Shown in pieces: positions 58,334 to 64,000 of a stretch of DNA of 64,000 nt. Below the pieces are notes generated by a model. That model was given only the letters and a program-made list of their open reading frames with translations. It had not been told where the DNA came from and ran no database searches. Every line of letters begins with the position of its first letter. Positions within the stretch are counted from its first letter, which is position 1. The stretch comes from a virus: positions 32,001 through 96,000 of the IMG/VR virus record IMGVR_UViG_3300026382_000009; one strand, given 5' to 3'. The position numbers were made by a program, and so were the translations under genes.

Positions 58334-59926
58334 TTAATCTCCTATTTGAATTTCTTTTTCTATAATAGGATAAGAATTTTGTAAATACAAATTAATTCTT
58401 TCATCTGCATGTTTTAGTATATAATTTTTCTTTTTTCTACAACTTGTAAAATCATCTACATAATCAAAAATTTTAACTTTTTCTTTTGACTCATGTTGAC
58501 GCATTCCTCTTCCAATACTTTGATTAAGAATTATAAAAGATTTAATACTAGAAACCAAATGTATATTATGAATTTTCTTTATATTAACTCCCGTTGATAA
58601 TGTTCCAAATGTTGCAATTAATATACCACCATCTTTTAATTCAAACATTTTTCTTATTTCTTCTCTTTTTTCTCCTTTTACATCACCTCTAATAAAGAAA
58701 ATGTTCAAATCATCTAAAACAATAATTTTATCATGTTTTACATCATTTTTTATAAGATTTCTTGATTGAATAATATAATATTTTGAATTGTCTTTTATAG
58801 ATTTGATTTCTTTTTTATAAATTAAATCTTCATTAGGAACATCTAAATTTAATTTTAATTTAATAATTTCTTTTAACAAAGTTTCACCATGAGTAATTTT
58901 ATTATAAAGAATTAAATTATTTTCTTTTTTGTTTAAAGAAAGTTTATTTACTATTTTAGCTATAAAAATGTTTCTTACATTCAAATCTTCTATAAATTTA
59001 ACTTCTTGTTGATACGTTTTACATTTTTGCCAAAATTCTTTACAAATCTCCTTATTGTAATTTAAAAAGAACATGACAACTTCAACAGGTGTAGCATATC
59101 CTTGATTAATAAGTTCTTGAGGAGTAATAATTGTGATAGGTTTACCCAATGTTGAAAGAAGTGTAAATTTATCTACACTGTTCTGAGGGAGTGTTCCTGT
59201 TAAACCTATTTTATATTCAGCATTTACAGAAGCTTTAAGTATTTTATTAAGAGAATCAGATTTTGCAACATGAGATTCATCAATTATGACAAAATTAGCT
59301 TTAGGTAATAAATGCATAGCATTTTTCAAACTTTGCCAAGTTGATATAACAACATCCTTTTTAAACTCTTTTTCTTTTCCTGAATAAATTTTATGAATGT
59401 ATTTATCTAAATCTTTCCAACCATATTCTTTAAAATCACTATACATTTGTTCTACAAGATTTATTGTTGGAACAACTAAAACACCTTTTAATCCTTTGGA
59501 TAAAAGATATCTAATAATTACATACAAAACAAAACTTTTACCTGAATTATGATGAACTATGTTATTTTGAACATAACACTCTTCTTCAAAATCAATATTG
59601 AAATCAATCCATTCTTGCTTTTTTAAATCTTCAATTGAAACAATTTTTTTTGTGTCAAACAAATTACCTTTTAGTATTTCATCTCCTATTTTTAAATTTG
59701 AAGAAGACTCCCAAATTGGTTTATTTTTATCTTTTTTTAATAAAAAATGTGTAATAGAACATTTTATTGATGAACCATCATCAAATGTAATTTTTTTACC
59801 ATCTAAATCTTTTTTAATAAAATAATCATTTATTTTTTTAAATCCAAATGGTGTTTCAATTTTTACATTTTTTCCTTGTTTTATTAATTCAACAATTTCA
59901 CCAAAAGTTCTTTCTTCTATTTTCAT
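58334..59926 (-). CDS. uvsW: IntC (127 aa) + C-terminal part of UvsW SF2 helicase
   Basis: ...VHHN|SGKS, LVVPTINLVEQMYSDF, STWQS, IDESH, GLTGT, STGVNI, QSIGRGMR. Confidence 0.9.
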   Translation of the reverse strand: MKIEERTFGEIVELIKQGKNVKIETPFGFKKINDYFIKKDLDGKKITFDDGSSIKCSITHFLLKKDKNKPIWESSSNLKIGDEILKGNLFDTKKIVSIEDLKKQEWIDFNIDFEEECYVQNNIVHHNSGKSFVLYVIIRYLLSKGLKGVLVVPTINLVEQMYSDFKEYGWKDLDKYIHKIYSGKEKEFKKDVVISTWQSLKNAMHLLPKANFVIIDESHVAKSDSLNKILKASVNAEYKIGLTGTLPQNSVDKFTLLSTLGKPITIITPQELINQGYATPVEVVMFFLNYNKEICKEFWQKCKTYQQEVKFIEDLNVRNIFIAKIVNKLSLNKKENNLILYNKITHGETLLKEIIKLKLNLDVPNEDLIYKKEIKSIKDNSKYYIIQSRNLIKNDVKHDKIIVLDDLNIFFIRGDVKGEKREEIRKMFELKDGGILIATFGTLSTGVNIKKIHNIHLVSSIKSFIILNQSIGRGMRQHESKEKVKIFDYVDDFTSCRKKKNYILKHADERINLYLQNSYPIIEKEIQIGD

Positions 59927-59994
59927 ATTAACTCCTATAAATTTTTATGTTAATCTTCAATTATAACTCTTATTTTTTCATTTTTATCTAGACA
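59546..59994 (-). mobile_element. Atypically split intein in UvsW Walker A (IntN 59953-59994, IntC 59546-59926)
   Basis: SATG|CLDKNEKIRVIIED* then RBS AGGAG and M...KCSITH...WIDF...NNIVHHN|SGKS. Confidence 0.9.
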
Positions 59995-60438
59995 ACCTGT
60001 TGCAGAAATAAGAATACAATTTTTATTATTTATAGCTTCAACAATAGCTTTTATTTGATAATCTCTTGGTTTAAATGGTGGATTTAATGAGTTAATGAAT
60101 TCTTTAATTTCTTCTTCAGTTACTTTTTCATTATTTGAATCTATATTTTCGTATTCAAATTCTGGAAATTTATTTAAAATTAATTTTACTAATCCTCTTG
60201 GTATTATCATTCCAGATGGTGTTAAAGAATAAAATTTCTTCTTTCCATCCCATAAACCTGCTCTAAAAGCAGGTGTAAATCTATATCCATCAACATAAAT
60301 TGAAAGCATATTCATGAGTTTTAACCGTAATTCCATTCCTTCTTCAGTATTAGGAATTTCTATTAAAGAATATGAATAATTTATATCTTTTATTTTCACA
60401 TTAATCCTTTGATTTAGAATTTTAACCTTTATATCCAA
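59950..60438 (-). CDS. uvsW: N-terminal part of UvsW + 14-aa IntN
   Basis: GYRFTPAFRAGLWDGK, PRDYQ (Q motif), ISATG|C. Confidence 0.9.
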   Translation of the reverse strand: MDIKVKILNQRINVKIKDINYSYSLIEIPNTEEGMELRLKLMNMLSIYVDGYRFTPAFRAGLWDGKKKFYSLTPSGMIIPRGLVKLILNKFPEFEYENIDSNNEKVTEEEIKEFINSLNPPFKPRDYQIKAIVEAINNKNCILISATGCLDKNEKIRVIIED

Positions 60439-60643
60439 TTCTTTCTATTTCTTTTTCTATTTCTTCTAATAATTCATCATGATTTAATAAAAATTCAATT
60501 GTATTTGAAAACATGTTATCAAATTTATCTAAAAGATAATCATCATCTTCTTCATAAGAATAAGCTTTTTTCCATAATTCTTTGAATGTATAAAAATCAA
60601 TTCTATTGTAAATATAAAGTAAAATTTTTCTTGTTTTGCTCAT
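60422..60643 (-). CDS. Small hypothetical protein
   Basis: RBS AAAAGGAG and upstream TATAAT. Confidence 0.5.
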   Translation of the reverse strand: MSKTRKILLYIYNRIDFYTFKELWKKAYSYEEDDDYLLDKFDNMFSNTIEFLLNHDELLEEIEKEIERIGYKG

Positions 60644-60727
60644 TTTAACTCCTTTTCATTTTATTTTTTATAATTATAACATATTTTTTCATATTTTTGA
60701 ATAGTAAATACAAGTTTTTAAAAAAAA

Positions 60728-62125
60728 TTATTTTATTCCTAAAATTGATTTCTCAATTTCAATACATTTTTCATACGAATCGGCTTCATCTTTATCTTCT
60801 CTAATACATACAAAACTTGGATGTAAAAGAGCTTCTACTTTTCCATCTTTCCAAGATAATCCTCTACAATTAATTGTTGCAATTTTACCAATTAACTTGT
60901 CTTTATGTTTAGTAATATAATTCATGTCTTCTTCTGTTAAACCTCCAGCTTTAACTTTTATTTTACCATCAGAACTTTCAGCTATAACTCTGTTAATAAA
61001 ATTTTCATATTTTGTTCCTGGTGTGCCATATTCAAAACCAATAATTTTAAAATCAACATCAAAATTTATTTTAATTTTTATTTGATAATCAGGTTTTTTA
61101 TTTATAAATTTCCCATATTTACTTTTAACAACAGTTCCTTCTCCACCTCTTTGAAAAATTTCTTTAAAATGTTCTATAACTTCTTCTTTTATTTTTACAG
61201 GTCTAGTAGAAATTTCTAAAATATTATCTGTTTGCCACAAACATTCTTTTAAATTTGAATATCTTTTGTAATAAGGAATTTCACAATATCCTTTGCTCCA
61301 ATCTTTGAAAGGAATTATATCCCAAGCAACAATATAAATATCTTTTAAAAATTCAGATGGTTTTTTTCCATATTTTTCAATAAATGCTTTAATATCTTTT
61401 TCTTTTAATTTTCCTTCTTTCTTTTTAGACAAAAGTGTTTTTATTGAATTAATTAATCCATTAGCTTTATATCTATCAAAATTTTTAACAAGAATCTCAC
61501 CAGTAATAACAAATTCATCATAAACAGGTGAAAAATAATTGTGTTTAAAAGCCCTTTCTAAATGTAAATCTTTTCCATTTCTCGCAAATGTTCTTAATTC
61601 TCCTGTTTCACAATTATAATAGAGGTTACAAAACATTCCATCAAGCTTTTCTTGTGACCAAACTTCACCTTCTTCAAGAAGTTTTTCAAGTTTTTTCATA
61701 TTAAAAGGAATTGCTCCCATATATGAAGTAATTGGTATAAAATTTTCAAATACTTTGTTTATTAATTTAGCATTAATACCTATTTTAAAATCTTTTTGAA
61801 GAATTCCATCAAATACCCAAGCATCGTGTTCATCAAGCTTTTGATATAAATATTCAACTTCATTTCTTGCAGCATTTCCTGTAATTTTTCTTAATCTTAA
61901 ATTATCTAAAGTATCAAATATAATATGACTTGAATGCTCTAAAGTAATTTCACCTTTATTTGGAAGTTTATCATATTTTTTAACATAGTATTGATAAAAT
62001 GGATTATAAGCGTAAAATAAAACTTTTTTAAGAAGATCATTATCTTTATGTTGTTTAAGTATCTCTTGTTTTTTGTTAGTAGAAGAAGTTTCTTTTATTT
62101 GTTGTAGAATTTCATAAACTTTCAT
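60728..62125 (-). CDS. gp30: ATP-dependent DNA ligase
   Basis: QEKLDG, ARNG, GEI, WDI, EGTVVK, KIK, HPSF..IREDK. Confidence 0.92.
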   Translation of the reverse strand: MKVYEILQQIKETSSTNKKQEILKQHKDNDLLKKVLFYAYNPFYQYYVKKYDKLPNKGEITLEHSSHIIFDTLDNLRLRKITGNAARNEVEYLYQKLDEHDAWVFDGILQKDFKIGINAKLINKVFENFIPITSYMGAIPFNMKKLEKLLEEGEVWSQEKLDGMFCNLYYNCETGELRTFARNGKDLHLERAFKHNYFSPVYDEFVITGEILVKNFDRYKANGLINSIKTLLSKKKEGKLKEKDIKAFIEKYGKKPSEFLKDIYIVAWDIIPFKDWSKGYCEIPYYKRYSNLKECLWQTDNILEISTRPVKIKEEVIEHFKEIFQRGGEGTVVKSKYGKFINKKPDYQIKIKINFDVDFKIIGFEYGTPGTKYENFINRVIAESSDGKIKVKAGGLTEEDMNYITKHKDKLIGKIATINCRGLSWKDGKVEALLHPSFVCIREDKDEADSYEKCIEIEKSILGIK

Positions 62126-62141
62126 TTTAACTCCTTTTATT

Positions 62142-62170
62142 AATTTACTTCTCAGAGTGCTTCTGAAAGG
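62142..62170. repeat. Partial, degenerate copy E of the dispersed element (left arm only)
   Basis: AATTTACTTCTCAGAGTGCTTCTGAAAGG vs AATTTACTTATCAGAGCCTCTCTGGAGG; same position next to an RBS as copy D. Confidence 0.45.
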
Positions 62171-62263
62171 TAAATAGAGGTGAAAGCTAAAATTTTTCTT
62201 ATCAAATAAATAAGGAAGCCTTTTTACCTTTATAAAATTATGGTGTGTTTTTGAAAAAGTAAA

Positions 62264-62848
62264 CTATTTTAAAAAATTTTTATAAATTTCTTCTAATGAA
62301 ATAGGTGTAAAATTTATATTTTCAACTGAAACATTAAAATGAGGTATTTCACATTCTTGACAAGGATTTGCACTATGTGTATGACCATGAATTAATAAAT
62401 CAATATTACCAAGCTTTTTCTTAAATTCTCTAAGAGAAGTGTTTGTATCCAAATATTTTTCACACAATGGATAATGACAAATACCGATCTTCTTTTTATT
62501 AACATTCAAAATAAAATATGCGTTAGTGCTTTGAAACCCCACATCTTTGTACCATCCATTAGATTTATGGTCATGGTTTCCATAAATTAAAATCTTATTT
62601 CCATTCATATTATCTAAAATTCTTTTGGCTAAAAATTTTTCTGAAAGCACAAATTCATATTTTCTTTTATATTGACCAAATCCTACAAAAATATCTCCAA
62701 CAAAAAACACAGTGTCTTCTGGTTTAACAACACTATTATATCTTTTTATCATTTCTTCTATGTATGAATCTTGAAATTGCTTTCTTTTAGGTTCATATTC
62801 AAATATGTTTTGATGAAAGAAATGATAATCACTTACAAACCAAATCAT
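62264..62848 (-). CDS. Calcineurin-like metallophosphoesterase
   Basis: SDYHFFH, VGD, GNHD, CHYP, HGHTH, NVSVE. Confidence 0.88.
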   Translation of the reverse strand: MIWFVSDYHFFHQNIFEYEPKRKQFQDSYIEEMIKRYNSVVKPEDTVFFVGDIFVGFGQYKRKYEFVLSEKFLAKRILDNMNGNKILIYGNHDHKSNGWYKDVGFQSTNAYFILNVNKKKIGICHYPLCEKYLDTNTSLREFKKKLGNIDLLIHGHTHSANPCQECEIPHFNVSVENINFTPISLEEIYKNFLK

Positions 62849-63108
62849 CTTTCTTCCATTGGTGTAATAAATAATCCCGTTAAAATATAGTTTACAACGG
62901 CACCTATTATTTCACCAATTATCATATAAATAGGTGTCATAATTACACTGAAATGTGTAAAGCTAAACCATTCAATTCCTTGAACATCAAAAATTTTAGC
63001 ACATAACAAAATTAAAAAGACAGGCCCTGATAAATACACAATAAAAGATGATACAATTGCTAAAAGAAATGTATTTGCACTTAAAGTTCCTAGAATATAT
63101 TTTTTCAT
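62845..63108 (-). CDS. Small membrane protein
   Basis: Two to three hydrophobic segments; RBS AGGAG. Confidence 0.5.
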   Translation of the reverse strand: MKKYILGTLSANTFLLAIVSSFIVYLSGPVFLILLCAKIFDVQGIEWFSFTHFSVIMTPIYMIIGEIIGAVVNYILTGLFITPMEER

Positions 63109-63116
63109 ATTTTCTC

Positions 63117-63383
63117 CTATAAATAATTTATATAAATATTTGGAATACTATCAAGTCTTTCAACTAATTTTACTGGAATATTATTTATTTTAGCTACTTT
63201 TTCACATGTGTTAAATTTTAATTCTGATTTCATCTTTTTAATCCAATTAATCACACTTAACGAGTAATCTCCATCTTTATTTTTAATTTTAACTAATTCA
63301 CAATAAATCCCTTGTATTTCTTTAATCATTTCTGGATTTATTTTCATTTTACGTCTTTTATTTGTTCTACAGTAATTCCACAT
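63117..63383 (-). CDS. Small hypothetical protein (likely start MKINP)
   Basis: ATGA overlap with the deaminase stop. Confidence 0.4.
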   Translation of the reverse strand: MWNYCRTNKRRKMKINPEMIKEIQGIYCELVKIKNKDGDYSLSVINWIKKMKSELKFNTCEKVAKINNIPVKLVERLDSIPNIYINYL

Positions 63384-63853
63384 TTTTTTAAAAACTCAAT
63401 TCCATCAGTGTTTCTATATTCTTCATAATAAAAAACTCTTTTTATTCCTGACTGAACAATTAATTTAGCACATTCAGGACAAGGACTCAAAGTAACATAC
63501 ATATCACATTCATTAGTCGATATTCCAGCTTTTGCTGCAAAAGCAATAGCATTCATTTCAGCGTGAACTGTGAAAGGTGATGTTTTTAAAATTTCTTTTG
63601 GATCATCAAATTGTTTTTTACATTTACGACAAAAATATAAAAAATCATCAAATTTTCCAATTTCTTTAGAACCACAAAAAGGACATAATTTTTCTATTTC
63701 TTCACATACATTTTCATATCCTGATACTGTTCCATTATAACCACAAGAAATAATCCTATTATCTCTAGTAAGAACTGCACCAACTTTATTTCTTTTACAA
63801 TAAGATAACTTAGCAGTTTCCAAAGCAACTCTCATAAAATATTTTTCTTTCAT
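63344..63853 (-). CDS. dCMP deaminase
   Basis: S.C.R.KVGA, GYNG, HAEMNAI, TLSPCPECAK. Confidence 0.92.
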   Translation of the reverse strand: MKEKYFMRVALETAKLSYCKRNKVGAVLTRDNRIISCGYNGTVSGYENVCEEIEKLCPFCGSKEIGKFDDFLYFCRKCKKQFDDPKEILKTSPFTVHAEMNAIAFAAKAGISTNECDMYVTLSPCPECAKLIVQSGIKRVFYYEEYRNTDGIEFLKKCGITVEQIKDVK

Positions 63854-63999
63854 AATATGTCCTTAAATTTAGCAAGTTTCATCAAAGCTTGTGCTTCTAT
63901 TGCTTTGACCGCTTGTTTAGTTATTCCAAATAAATAAGCTATTTCATCTAATTTATATTCTCTGCATTCTACAATACCCATTTCAATCAAATAATTTAA
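63850..63999 (-). CDS. C-terminus of a sigma70 region-4-like HTH protein (truncated by window)
   Basis: Hand translation: ...YKLDEIAYLFGITKQAVKAIEAQALMKL...*. Confidence 0.65.
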   Translation of the reverse strand, partial: LNYLIEMGIVECREYKLDEIAYLFGITKQAVKAIEAQALMKLAKFKDIL

Positions 64000-64000
64000 A

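Noticed and set aside
3511-59825. All plus-strand ORFs in the track (e.g. 15694, 20876, 29445, 36220)
   Set aside because: Antisense shadows of K/E/N-rich minus-strand genes (F/S/L/I-rich), without RBS
59927-59952. Readthrough, frameshift or pseudogene explanation for the uvsW break
   Set aside because: Gap is 23 nt (out of frame), carries a consensus AGGAG RBS, and both intein halves keep catalytic residues
1-64000. tRNA/rRNA genes, integrase, transposase, reverse transcriptase/DGR
   Set aside because: No cloverleaf-like GC stems or matching protein motifs recognised by eye; tRNAscan-SE and HMM searches were not run

Overview
AT-rich (by eye roughly a quarter GC) 64-kb segment of a large, T4-superfamily contractile-tailed dsDNA phage; essentially all real genes are on the minus strand. 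In transcription order (right to left): sigma-4-like HTH fragment, dCMP deaminase, phosphoesterase, ATP-dependent ligase, UvsW helicase (encoded as two genes joined by an atypically split intein with a 14-aa N-fragment), UvsY, a decaying accessory region (51-58 kb), sliding clamp, gp32 SSB, RNase H, primase, Cas4-like nuclease, a UL9/origin-binding-protein-like SF2 helicase, class Ia RNR (NrdA with a mini-intein, NrdB), a three-piece type IIA topoisomerase, major capsid, neck, sheath, tube, tail chaperone with a probable +1 frameshift, tape measure, baseplate, and a multi-RBP tail fibre cluster. Non-coding highlights: a dispersed ~115-bp inverted-repeat element family (4-5 copies) with an AT-rich core, a TTTAC-N16/17-TATAAT promoter family, a CGAAAA-repeat leader on the SSB gene, and a long palindrome after the capsid gene. 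All assignments come from motif recognition by eye; no searches were run. A Campylobacterota-like host is only a guess.
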